A stretch of 64,000 nucleotides of DNA from Bilabrum cf. latius. Taxonomy: Eukaryota. The notes under the pieces are model-generated. The model had not been told where the DNA came from and ran no database searches. It worked only from the letters and a program-made list of their open reading frames with translations. The position numbers were made by a program, and so were the translations under genes. Numbering within the stretch: the first letter of the stretch is position 1; each line of letters starts with the position of its first letter. Positions 50,901 to 62,400 of this stretch are shown here, in pieces. The DNA lies in the NCBI GenBank assembly GCA_965178125.1, contig OZ237775.1, forward strand, positions 248,001 to 312,000, read 5' to 3'.

Positions 50901-53127
50901 ACGACCTGCCTGGCCTCCTTGGTGGCGAGCACCGCGGGGTTCTCCTGAAAGGCCTTCATGGGCGCCTCGATCCTCTAGAATAGGTGCCTCGCCCACGCGA
51001 TGTTGCCTGCGACGGGAGGCATGTTCCTCGGCTTGGGAGGGTTGGACTTGTGGGTCTCGTACAGCTGCTGCACTCGATCCAGCTCGGCCCCGAACGTTTG
51101 AAAGATGACGTGCATCTTGTCGTCTAGATCGGCTGCAAGCGCGGGCCGCGTTAGGATCCCTTGATACTTGTGAAGCAGCTGAAGAGACCCCTCGATGCCC
51201 AGCTTGGAGACCTGCTCGAACGACGCGTTGATGAACTGCTGCAGCAGCCCCTCGATCTCGTTGATCTGCACATTGAACTCGACAAAGTCGCGGTCGAACG
51301 CGCCGTCCGTGAAGGCGAGGAGGTCGTGCTTCTTGGCCTTCATTGCCTTTACCACCTCGTTGAATCGCTTGGTGGCGAGCCCCATGCCCTCCAGCCTGTG
51401 CCCCTTGATGGCCTCGAACTGCGCGATGGTCCCGAAGAGGTGAGCCAGCTTGGCGCACCTTCGGCAGAAGAGATCGAAACGGGCAAACAGGGCGGTTTCG
51501 CTGAACTGGAAGGGATTTATGGCCCCTTCTTCCAGGGAGCGGTCCCTGATGCTTCGGTACGTCTCCTAAAAGGCGCGGTTAAGCTCCAGCCCGTCGCGCA
51601 GCCGCTGCACCAAGGCGGCTGGCGGGCGGGTCCAGAGGCTCGGGTTGCCCGCGTCCACCAGGTGGCCATCTGGCCCGTCTGTACCCGCGCCCATGATCCA
51701 GGTCTTGCTGCTAGCAATCAGCTGGTTGGCAATCTTGACGAGCAAATCGGTGATTCTCTCGTCGGAGCTGAAGTACCTTGCGATGGTCCTCACCATCTTG
51801 ATCGAGTTCAGGAGGGCGGGGAGCGCGTCCACGATGACGACGGGGCTGCCCGTGTAGAGCGGCTCGATGAACTTTTCGAGGGTGTAGAGGTACTTGACGT
51901 TGTCCTTGGCCTCGTTGGCCGCTTCCGTGAGTCCCATGTTGATTTCCTTCCACTGGCGTGTGAGGTCCACGATGCCTGAGGGGTACCCCAGCTGCCAGTC
52001 CTTCCGTGCTTTTGCGCCGCCGGGGGGGGGGGGTCCCTCGGGGGACTTGCCTTCCTCTTCGGACGACTTGCTCTCCGCTGCAGTCGCTCCACCCTTTGCG
52101 GCGCCGGCTGACTGTTCCGCATCCTTCTCGGTGGTTACCTCCTGTTCGGGGTAGAGGACGTTGGCGCTGCAGGTGGGCTGGCCCGACCTTCCCGCCGCGA
52201 GGAGGACGGCGAGGACGCACGAGCTGTTCTTTGACTTGAGCTGCTCCGTGATGGACGAGAGCCGCTCCATTCGTCGCCGCCACCAGATCAGGACGTCCTT
52301 CGGGCCCACTTCGTCCGACTGGTCCATGGCCGACCCCTCCTGCAGCTGCTTTTGCACAATGTCGCACCAAGCGGTCACGATGCGCACGCAGTCAAGCACA
52401 ACTCTTGGGTTCACGTACGGGATGCGCTTTCCCTTTGCTTTCTTCGTGGCGCTTGGCATGTTGGCCACGAACTCAAGGAGGTCATCAAGGCTGAGCTACT
52501 CGCTGAGCATGGGCAGATCGACCCCCGCAGCTCGACTCTCGATGGTCCGCGACAACTCGCCCGAGAACTCGTCAACTCCTTCCAAAATATCTTTGGTTAT
52601 GTCATCTTTGGCTTTTCCCCAGTCACTTTTCTCGTGCAGGTACCGAGAAAATAGTCCTGTAAGCTGCTAATGAAGGCTTGACATCGGGTCCCCGGCTACC
52701 TCGCCAGACAAGAATGTGCCGTCATTCGCCTTGCTTTCATCCACGGGCTTTCCTGCGCCATTGTACAGAAAGAATACAGCCTTGCCTTGTATCGGCGCCC
52801 CTTGTCCGGTGGATATGAACAGCTCCTTCGACGACCCCGTGGCCTTCCACTCGCCATCCTGCGGATTGATTTGATGCGCGGCATGCTGGAATAACTGCAG
52901 TGCAGAGTATACTAGTAGCATACGATTCAAATTAACAATTTCATTCTCACGGGCGTCTACTGCGCCTTCGGCTAAAAGAACACGAACACTTTCGAAACTG
53001 TGCCGGAGAGAGATTCGTCAAATACTCCTTGCTCTGCCTATACGAACCTCTCTGCTACTCCAAAGTCGACATCAAACGAATCTGAGATCCTCGAGGCAAT
53101 CCATTTATGCCTTGGCTTAAGCGCCAT
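38972..53127 (-). CDS. DNAH5: Axonemal outer-arm dynein gamma heavy chain (DNAH5/DNAH8, Chlamydomonas ODA2 type), ~4687 aa, 2 exons
   Basis: Exon 1 53127-52951 (MALKPRHKWIA...VFVFF[TAG]P), intron 52950-52859 (GTGAGA...CCGCAG; acceptor choice tentative), exon 2 52858-38972 in one frame. 18 in-frame TAGs (40199, 40439, 41072, 41417, 43571, 44795, 44984, 45632, 46436, 48071, 48107, 50975, 51566, 52496, 52667, 52957, 52972, 53038). Gamma-type features NEAKDNVKYL, PPVAGNIAWARHL, P3 GGPGTAKT, INTWGDQPTNE and HWTLRGVALLC. Ends TGA. Confidence 0.93.
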
Positions 53128-53507
53128 AGTCTACTAGTTCACGTGTGCTTGCCAGTCTGTTCGCTCGAATCGTTAGGCCCTGTTGAGGGCGTTCAGTCTG
53201 TTCCTAACACCAACCTGTGTCAATACCCCGGGCAGAGTAATTGAAATCTCTATACAAGCAAGTTCTAGCGAATTATATATCCAGTTTACGTGCCTTGGCT
53301 TCGTACTCGCAGGTTTGGGTTGCCTGCTGCGCAACGGTCAAGCCGAGGCGAGCATGTCTGATATAAGGTATTTGTAACGTTCGCATATATGGCCGAGCCT
53401 AGCTCGGGGCAAGGCTTGCCCAGACCTGGCCAATACGGTTGCTTTGACTCCCAGATAAACAAGAACGTCACGATCCAGCAGTATGCATACGAATGGTTGA
53501 GTTGAGG

Positions 53508-56309
53508 TCACAGGTCCCAACCCGCGCGGATCGCTTGCTCCACCACCTTTGCCACAGTTCCCGGAGGGGCTGTCGACGTAGGCGTGTTGATGGGCCGGTA
53601 CGGCGAACCGGCCCACAGAGAAAACGCCCAGAAATGTGGCCTGCGGAACGCAGGAGGAAGCACCTCGATCAGCTTAGTCCCGGGTCTCGCCCACAGTACG
53701 TGCGAGAGCCCAGCCCCGTGCGCCCCGACGATCACGCAAGCCCGCCTCACCATCGACACCTGGTCGACCCACTGCGTCCGGCTGAAAAACCCGCTCTCCA
53801 CCTCTATTTTGGCTCCGAGTTCCTTGGACAGGCTCTCTGCCATGCTCTGCAGACCGGCCTCCACCTGAGGCTCGTTCTCGATCCGGTGGACGATCTTCCC
53901 GTTGGAGCGAGGGTGGGCCACGTAGTCCTCCCGCCTGACGAAGAGCACCCGCACTGTGCCGCCAGAAGAGGCCGAGCAGGTGCTCGAGGCAGCGACCTCG
54001 CGCAGGGACGGGATGACGACGGGGTTGTCCGCACTCGTCACACCGGGAGGGACCAGGGACGCCCCGGCTGCCGCAGCGAGGGCATCGGGCCTCGTCTCTG
54101 GTGCACTCGCCACACTATCACTCGTCACACCTTCCGCCGAGTACCCCAGCGGCCTACCCGTGTTCCCCAGTACGGCGTGTCCCATCCTCGCCGCGAACCA
54201 CATGCCGAACTCTCGCATGTAGGGGTCCGACGGGCACATCCTGCGGGGGCTGATGGCTCGCTCCGCGGGAGCGCGGTAGGCCACGGGCAGGAACACGACG
54301 TGTCGAACGCAGAGCTTGTCCGGCAGGTGCTTAAGGAAAAATACCCTCCGGAATATCTGCTGCCAGACCTGGTCCATTCCACTCTCCGGGTGAGCGTCTG
54401 CGATGATCATGTCTGCCTGGGGAGCGTCGCCTCTGAGCAGCTGCTCGCGGATCTGCTCGAGGCGAGTAGCTGCTTCGTCCCCCTTGCTCAGCTGAGCCAG
54501 CCGATCATCCACCCAGTCTACCAGCCAAGCGAACATGTGGGGAACAAGCCTGTTTCCCACGAATGCCTGGTTATGGTCGCAGCTCTGGTGGTAGGGGTTG
54601 GCGTACTCGGTGCGGCCAAGGACGAACGCAAAATCCAGCACCGCAGTGCACTGCGCTTCTACCACCGCGCCAGCCCCACTCTCCGCACTCGTCACAGGCA
54701 ATCCGCCCAGCCTCTCGGACCCGCCGGTTGCGACCGCCAGCTGCGTCAGGAGGTCTTTCTGCAGCGAAATGATCTCACCCATCGCGTGCGGCCGCAGGAC
54801 CATGTCGTCTCCGCCGTCGTGCAGTGCACCCGTACCTCCAGATCCAGCGGTAAACGCGCCCGAAGCGCTTGCGGGAACGCTCGACACACCGGTCGTAACC
54901 GCCTGCGCTGCATGTTCCGCAGCGCGCGCGGCGCCGGTCCCAGGGTCCTCGTGCTCGTTGGCCCTTCCAAGCTGCGACTTGGCCTCCCCGATCGTCCCAG
55001 GGAACAAAATCGTGGCGGTGCCCGGGTTGTACTTGACCCACTCCCTGCCTTCGTCCTGTCCCATTACCTGTGACACGGGCTCGCCGCCCCTGTTGGCCAC
55101 CGCCTTGCTGGGGTTCAACACGAGATTCGTGCCGGCGCAAACAGTGCTCGCTACCTCACTGTTGGTGACGCACTCGAAAAGCGAGGGCAGCGCGACTGCA
55201 ACACCGTGCACTGCACCCGCCCCTTTGTCCAGGTGCACCTCCCCCTTGTCACCCGCATCGCCGGACTGCCTCTGCACCAGACCAAGGGCCGCTTGGGTGG
55301 GCTGGTGGGCCAGTCCATCGCCCACGCCCGGTCCGTTCAGCCGCACCAGGGCCCCAGACCGGAAGTAGGTCGAGCGCTTCGTGTACCCCGGCCCGAAGAA
55401 GCTGCGGCAGTACCCCCGCACCGCTCCGTCCTGCGCGTCTCCCCAGGGCACGCCGCCTGCGGAACCTGAGTAACGCGCGGCGCCGGCCTCCACCTCCGGC
55501 CCAGTCCCCGGCCGCAAGCCCCCCGCTGCGATGGCGGCCGACACGCCCCGTCTCGCCCCCTTCATCCTAGACTTGACCGAGGAATCGGCGCGGTGCTGCT
55601 GGCGCCAGTCCAGGATGGGAGGCAGGGACAGGCGAGCCACAGCTCCAGTGCCACCGAGACCGACTGCCGGGGCTTCTGTCCACTTGGCGGGGATATCTGC
55701 GCGGCCTCCACCCGCGAACCCGCTACCGGTGCCCAAATCGAAGAGCCGTCGGTCGAGCCGGGGAAGCAGCCCAGTTACGGGCTCTGGCTACCGAATGTTG
55801 TTCTCACTAGCAGGGCTTGACTTTACAGGCCCCGGATCTAGCGTACTTATGCTTGGCTTATGTTGTTCTCCGGGCCGCTTGCTATCATCTAGCGGTTGCT
55901 CGTTAGAAACTGCATAATCAGCCCAAACGTTGTCAAGCCGATCAGCGGATCGGGTCTCCGAGGTATGGGCCAGGTGCTAGCCAGCAGCCCGCTCCGCTGC
56001 AGAGAGAGTCACGTGAGACTCTGGCTGGCTCGCCACGTTGTTCCGTTGATTGGCGCGCAAGAAAGCAGAAGGCAGTGAGCCGCCGCCGGTCCTAGGCACG
56101 GAATGCACTAGCTTCGGAACCTCCACAGGCCGATAGATGCCCGGTGACGGTTTCAGCATGACATTTGATTCGCTACTTAACTCAATCGCCCGTCTGGAAC
56201 GCAATCCCGGAGAGCTTATGAAAGAGTACAGAATCACCAGTTGGATTCCGATCACAAGACAGGCAAACGCTGTGCATAGCGCAAACGTTCTCGATCCTCC
56301 GCAAGGCAT
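53508..56309 (-). CDS. Glycosyltransferase family 61 (EOGT/xylosyltransferase-like), type II membrane protein, ~933 aa
   Basis: C-terminal GT61 motifs RTEYANPYH, VLFVRRED, RIENE and IVGAHGAGLSHVLW. TAGs at 55788 and 55977 join the catalytic ORF to an N-terminal signal-anchor (FALCTAFACLVIGIQLVILYSFI). Ends TGA. Confidence 0.8.
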
Positions 56310-56531
56310 AAACGTGCGCTGGCTCAAATAAAAGATCACGAGGAATCCGCCGATTCGATAGCCCGATACGCTGAAAAAAGCTGGCCGTTAGGTTCTTCTT
56401 AAACATCGGTTTTAATCTTCTTCTTGAAAGTTCAACACCGGTTGCAACCAAGTAATGAACAGCGACCGGAGATCTGTGCCAATCTAGATTATGTGCTAAT
56501 AATCCATTTGCTGTCTCTCCTCTCTGTAGAC

Positions 56532-58478
56532 TCAATCAAGCTCCGCAGCAAGCTAGAGCAAGTCATCCACCTCATCGCTGCCATCCATTGCCACCTGAGC
56601 CCCGCTCCCACCAACCCGGACTGCCCCTCCACCCCAGCTGCTGCCAGTGGTGCGGCCCCCGTGCCATGGTCCGTTGCTGGCACCATCATTGGCATCAACG
56701 CCGCTCCTGTGACCACGCTCCATGGCCTGCACCCCACTGCCCTGCTCCAAACCCCCAGACCCCCCAGCAGCGCCAGCACTTGTCACACCCTACCCAGCAG
56801 CAGTCTCAAGCTCGGCCATAAGCAGCTCAGCCTCTGCCTCCGCCTCCAAGTCGTCCATGGCTCCAGCCAGCAAATCCATCTCGGTGGCGCCCGCAGTCGT
56901 CACGCCCGATCCGACCCCGGCCCCATGGACTACTGCTGGCGCCCCCCCCGCATCCTCCCCCGCACCAGCCTCATGAACCCCCTAGTCCTCACCTCCGATC
57001 CCGGCCAGCAGGTAGTCCGCGGCAGCAGCCAGCGCCGCGGCCTCATCGGCAGAGGCAACCATCGCGCCACCACCATGCGATGCACCCATCGACACCGCCT
57101 GACCCCCATAATGGTAGCTAGATGAAGAGGGGGCCACTGCAGGGAGGCTCCCCGACCGCAAGCCACCCTGGGCCTACTGACCCCCCTGTCCCCCCGCCCC
57201 CACAGGAGCATCGAATGAGCCACCTGAGCCGCCCGTGGCGCCAGCGCCAGCAGCAGCAGCAGCCGCAGCAGAAGCAGTCCCGCCACGTCTCACCCCACCA
57301 CGCGCGCCCAGATCCGCTCCCTGCGGCAGAGCCGCGATCAGCTCCACCGGTGGATCCACCACCCCTGCCTCGGTGATCACGAATGGCACCACGGTGGCAG
57401 GTGCAGTGGGCGACTTGATGACGTGGATCCTCCGGAGTAGCGCCTCTGCAGAGGCAAGGGTAGGGTCTGCCACTCCCCCTTGTTCCCCGTGTCTATCCCC
57501 GCCGCTGCTAGGCCCACCCCCCCGCTCCCTCCAGTCGCCGAGGGGCTGCACGGGCGACACGTCCATGACCACCCGCACGTTCACGGCATGCGTCCAAACG
57601 ACACCCAGTGCGGGCAGGACCCACGTCGAGGAGGGTCGCTCTGCCGCTCGAGAGCTTGCTGCGGAACCAGAAGAATTGCGCGGCGCCCGCCCAGATACCT
57701 GGTTGGTCACCAGCACTGCCAGGCCCAGCGACTCGGCGATGCGCTTCAGCTGCGCCGCGTGGCGGTTGAGTCGAGCCACGCGGGCAAAGGAACTCCCGGC
57801 TCCGAATCCGTCCCGCGCCAGCGCGGCCACGGAATCGAAAATGACGAGTCCGGCACTTGTCCTAGCGGCGGCGTCCTCCAGCCGACCCATCGTGATGTCC
57901 AGCTCGCGGGCGCTGCGCACGGAGAGCACCGTTATCTTTCCGAGCATTTCTCGGACTCTGTCTGGTCCGGCTACGGAATCGCCAAAATACTAGGGAAACC
58001 GGCAAAGAGCAATTTCGGCAAGACGCTCTGCCGAAAACTTGAGCTCTGTGTCCAATACGATGACGGGTGCATTGTGTCCCCCTTGTCGTAATGGTACTGC
58101 ACACTATACCGCTACACACGAGGACAATGTGCTCTTTCCTACTCCGGCTGGGCCGCATATCTCGGTGATGCAGCCCTTTCGAATCCCACCAAGCTTGCTG
58201 TCGAGCTATCTGAGCAGAGTAGGGATAGCATACGGCCGAGACTCCTCCTCTTCTTGAATCTACCACATTTCAAGCGCGGAAGATGGCTCTGGACAGGCCT
58301 TCCTGGCCGCCAAGTCGAGTAAAGCATCGGCGTCAGAGGTGCTCACTCCGATAATTTCGCATACCTGGAGCCTACCGAGGCGCAACAAGTCTCCACAATT
58401 AGTAACACCGATACGATTAAATTGTTGCAACGAGTGCAAGGGGAAATCTGCGACGCGTCGCAATGGCACCCCAGCCAT
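56532..58478 (-). CDS. RAD51B: RAD51 paralogue RAD51B with long low-complexity acidic/Gly-rich C-tail, ~648 aa
   Basis: One frame with TAGs at 58260, 58206, 58104, 57990, 57174, 56982, 56790 and 56553. Walker A ITEICGPAGVGKS, RAD51B-like DTELKFSAERLAEIALCRFP[TAG]YF, Walker B LVIFDSVAAL, VLVTNQV, PALGVVWTHAVNVR and KSPTAP. Ends TGA 56532-56534. Confidence 0.85.
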
Positions 58479-58491
58479 GTTCGAATGCTAT

Positions 58492-58529
58492 GAACTAAAC
58501 AGTCCGGCTCAGAACTAAACAGTCCGGCT
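58492..58529. repeat. 20-nt period direct duplication just upstream of the RAD51B start
   Basis: GAACTAAACAGTCCGGCT at 58492 and again at 58512. Confidence 0.85.
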
Positions 58530-59403
58530 TCGAAGGACTATTTTCAGCATCGATGAGAGTTGGTACCAGATAGACGTGTGTGATACTTTGTTTGATTTTC
58601 AGGCGCTGCAAGATGGCTGAATCGAACTCCCCCCGAAGAAATCTTGAAACCGGAACCAGCCCACAGCAAATGCTCGAAGAGGCCTGGACAGAATGATGTG
58701 GATATTTAGGTTTCTAAACCAATTTAGAGGTGCCACCAGGTTCTCTGTGTCCTAATACGTGTGGTACCCACCCGACAACTCCGATAGCTTCAAAGAGCAC
58801 GCATCGACAGGGCAACACCCCGATCGTCAAGCCCGCTGGGTCTAGGGCCAAAGCCGGGCGGAGCGGGGATCTGGGCTCACCTATGAGCCTGGTAGGTGAC
58901 TTGTTCGATCAGGCTGAGCGACGAGAGGAAAAGCTCCAACTAGGTACATGATCACGAGTGCGAAACTGAGCAAGTGCAAGGAAGCGACCCTCGCGTGACC
59001 ATGTGTCGTTCGGCACGATATGACCGCTGCTCTCGCCCCTGCATGCAATGCATCGAACCCTATGGCCCATGCAGCAGTCTACATATCGACAAAATCGACC
59101 AAAAAAACAACAACGGGTACGTCTGTGGTGGCCCTCCGTCAGTAATCACTGATAACCTCACTGGCATGCTCACTCCCCGTCCCTGTGGCGCTTCCTACGA
59201 CCCTGAATTTGCTATTTTCGCCGCCAGCAGGGCACCTGCAGACCAAGATAATCAATGAGTGCCTAAACAATCGTCAAAGTAGATGTTTTAGGTGTGAAAG
59301 TTGCAAACAAGTGCCAGTAGTGGTGAAGAAGCGACACGCGCATGGCTGCTGAATCAGGAGTCCTGATCCCTCAATTCCAGAATAACAACTAGCACACAAA
59401 AAC

Positions 59404-62400
59404 ATGAGAGGCAGTACCTACGAGCCGCAGCAAAACACTGTCATTGCTCGCGGAACATTGAGAGGGTAAATAACTTATTGAATCTGAATTTTGATCCGAT
59501 CCCGAATGCTGGGAGCACCAGAGACCCCGTACCTACATCATCTTTGTTGCCAGTATGGCCTCGCGCTAGAGTAGTGATCGAAGTAACACTAGTTCTTCAT
59601 TATGCCAAACCGTCTGGATGCATACCAAAGCATCTCTGTGGTGAGAACACGGATAGAATACGAGTGCACACCATAGCAACCACGCAACCACCACACCATT
59701 AGGTGCTGCTTAAAACTATACTTGTAGGACCAGAGTGTTACACTATCTTGCAGGTTGGACATGTTTTTTGAGGAGCCAGTGGTGGATAAGGGCTCTGCCT
59801 CAGCAGCTGGCGTCATTGCCACAATTTCATTCGTGCTTGGAATGATCATGTACGCGGTCTATCTATTTTTGCTAACTCGTTCGGATCCAATTCCCATCGA
59901 AACTACAGTTCAAGGAGAAAGTGGCTAGTGTGAAGCAGTTAACGGCTTAAGCTTCGCTCGTTCGCCGCTCGGGTACCTCGTTCGAGGGCACGGGTAGGCT
60001 ACGATTTCAGCCAATCCTTGGCTACCAGCAAGCGAGCAGGACTCCTTGCTCTCCAATTCTACGGACGAATCGTCATATGTGCTAGGATAGACGAGTAATG
60101 GGCTCCTTGCGCGGTACAGCCGAGACTTTCCGGTCAGCGGGACGCTTGGCGTGTCGAGCACTGCTTCCACGCTCGGAGGCAGCGCCGATGATATAGAGAT
60201 TAAGCTTTGCAGAGGGCGTCGAGAGTTTTTAGAGCTGCAACCTGTCAGAGCTCCTCTTGAGATAGAGGAGAAATCGGACGTTTTCTCCCTCGCCTTCCTC
60301 TCGGCTGATCTCACGTCAGCGGCCTACCTCTCCAACAGCCCCGACTACCCACACCGACTGGCAGACCTGTCGGTGACACCGCCGGTTGTCACTGCCGAGG
60401 TGGATTATTTCGACTTCAAGCCAAGCAGCGTGAACGTCGAGGCCAAGAACATGCTTGAGTCGCAGGACGGCACACCGGCCGTGTGGATGCTAGAAGATGC
60501 TACTAGCTTCGCTGCTGGGTCCAGGGAAGTCGACGTGGACCCGTATGCGCGCTCTACCGAATGGGCCGACGAAAGCTGGGATGCAGCCAACGAGACGATT
60601 CTCATCAACGCAAACCTTGGAAGCGACGACTCAGTACAGGTAATCGTGCAGTGCAAGTTCGTCGACACGCAGGACCGCAAAGAGAAGCTGGCCACCACGA
60701 GAGCGTTCGGTCTCAACCGAAGGACAGCGGAGGTCAAGTGGTAGTACCTGCCAGACTCCCAGGTCATGCCAAACACCGTGGTTCACTCAATGGGTTGTCC
60801 TAACGTGCGCTCCAATGCAGCCAGGGACGTACTCTAGATCGCCAGCGTGCTCATTGACAGGGCCGCAACAGGTGATGAGTCCGATGCCCCGGACCGCCCG
60901 GGCTTGTCCGGCCCCCGCCTGCTCCGACTCGATGCAAACACTGGAGATGTGCTCGCCGACATTGTGCTCGCCCGGGATGCTGGCCCTGCCTCCTCTTCCG
61001 TCCAGGCTTCCAACCCAGCCAGCAGGCGAGCGGCAGAGGATCCAAACCGCGAGGCATGGCCGGCCAGTCAGGTCGACGGTATCGGCTGGGAGGCGTTCGA
61101 AGTGAGCATGCACCTGCCTCGCTCGTCGAGTCCGCAAGCTGGTGGCTCCGCTGGCAACGGCGGCGGCAATGGAGGCACGGAGGACGACTATGGCTCATAC
61201 GGACAACTGGACGACTTTGGCTGGTAGAATGATGACCCTGGATTCTGGGGAGCCGATGATAGTACGGGGTTCTCTGGCTTTGGAGATGACGACTAGTCTG
61301 GCTCTGGCCCTGGTTCTGGCTCTGGATCTCAATCATGCACTGCAGCTGATCTCGCGAGCCCAACCATAGAGAGAGTGCAGCAGGACGGCAACATGGTGGT
61401 GCTCTATTTTTCCGCGTCAAGCACTCCTAGCAACTGCGGTGGCGTGGATATGGCCCGCATCACTGCCTACCGTGACGATGGTCTCTTCCTCGACACTGTT
61501 TTGCTCGAGGATTATGAAGTGACAGAGAGCCTGAACGCGTAGGACGGTCGCATTACTGTGCCTCGCAGTGCACTGCAGGACAACGGGTTTGACGTGTACT
61601 TCTACCTGTCTGTGCAGCACTCGGCTCTGTGGTCGTGGTCCCCCTACGGCATCCTGCCGTCTGCCAGCATCCAGTTGACTGGTTCTGCTGGATCAGGGTC
61701 TGGTTCAGGTGGCACTGACGATAACGGCAGCACAAACCAGGATGACAACATATTCGGATGGGGTGGAGATGATGATAATACGGCTGGCACCGGCGGAGGT
61801 GATGACGATACTGCTGGCACCGGCGGAGATGATGACGATACTGCTGGCACCGGCGGAGGTGATGACGATACTGCTGGCACTGGCGGAGGTGATGACGATA
61901 CTGCTGGCACCGGCGGAGGTGATGACGACACTGCTGGATCAGGCAATGGAGGCACCGATGACGATGACAACTCCGGCTCCGCCAACTGTGCTGGAGCACC
62001 CTCCATCACGAACGTGCAAATCGTTGGGTCCAATGTACGACTCACCTTCACCTCACCTTCATCGTGCGGCACTATTCAGGATGTCCGAGTGGATGCGTAC
62101 AGAGATGATGGGTTTGTGACTGACACAAAGCTCATCAACCAGGTGAGCTACTCGAGCGGCCTAGACGCTGCCAACAGGCAGGTGGACATTCCCGCGAGTC
62201 AGCTGGACGACCAGGGCTACGACGTGTACTTCTACATCGAGCTGCGGTATGCGAGCGGATGGACAGGGTAGAGCTCGTACTCAGCTAGCATCTCTATCAA
62301 CAACAACCGCAGGCTCCGGAAGAACGGTGGCCGCTATGATATTGCCAGCAAGAGCGCTCGGTCGGCACAACGCAGCGGCCTCCCAAAGCGACGGCGACTC

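Noticed and set aside
20416-53127. Dyneins as pseudogenes, or fragments separated by introns
   Set aside because: There is no frameshift or internal TAA/TGA in about 9750 codons, and the sequence across each TAG aligns colinearly with dynein, leaving no room for introns.
38904-53140. 14-bp inverted match GAACTAGTAGACTA (38904-38917 and 53127-53140) flanking the gamma dynein gene
   Set aside because: Several 14-mer matches are expected by chance in 64 kb; there is no transposase or target-site duplication.
46379-55073. Long antisense ORFs (e.g. 46379-47968 +, 53493-55073 +)
   Set aside because: These are shadow ORFs opposite GC-rich, codon-biased genes and have no recognisable motifs.
58730-59258. 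Short ORFs between RAD51B and the last gene, including a Cys-rich 94-aa ORF
   Set aside because: Non-ATG starts, no recognisable family and AT-richer composition; I cannot support a gene call, although upstream exons of the last gene are possible.
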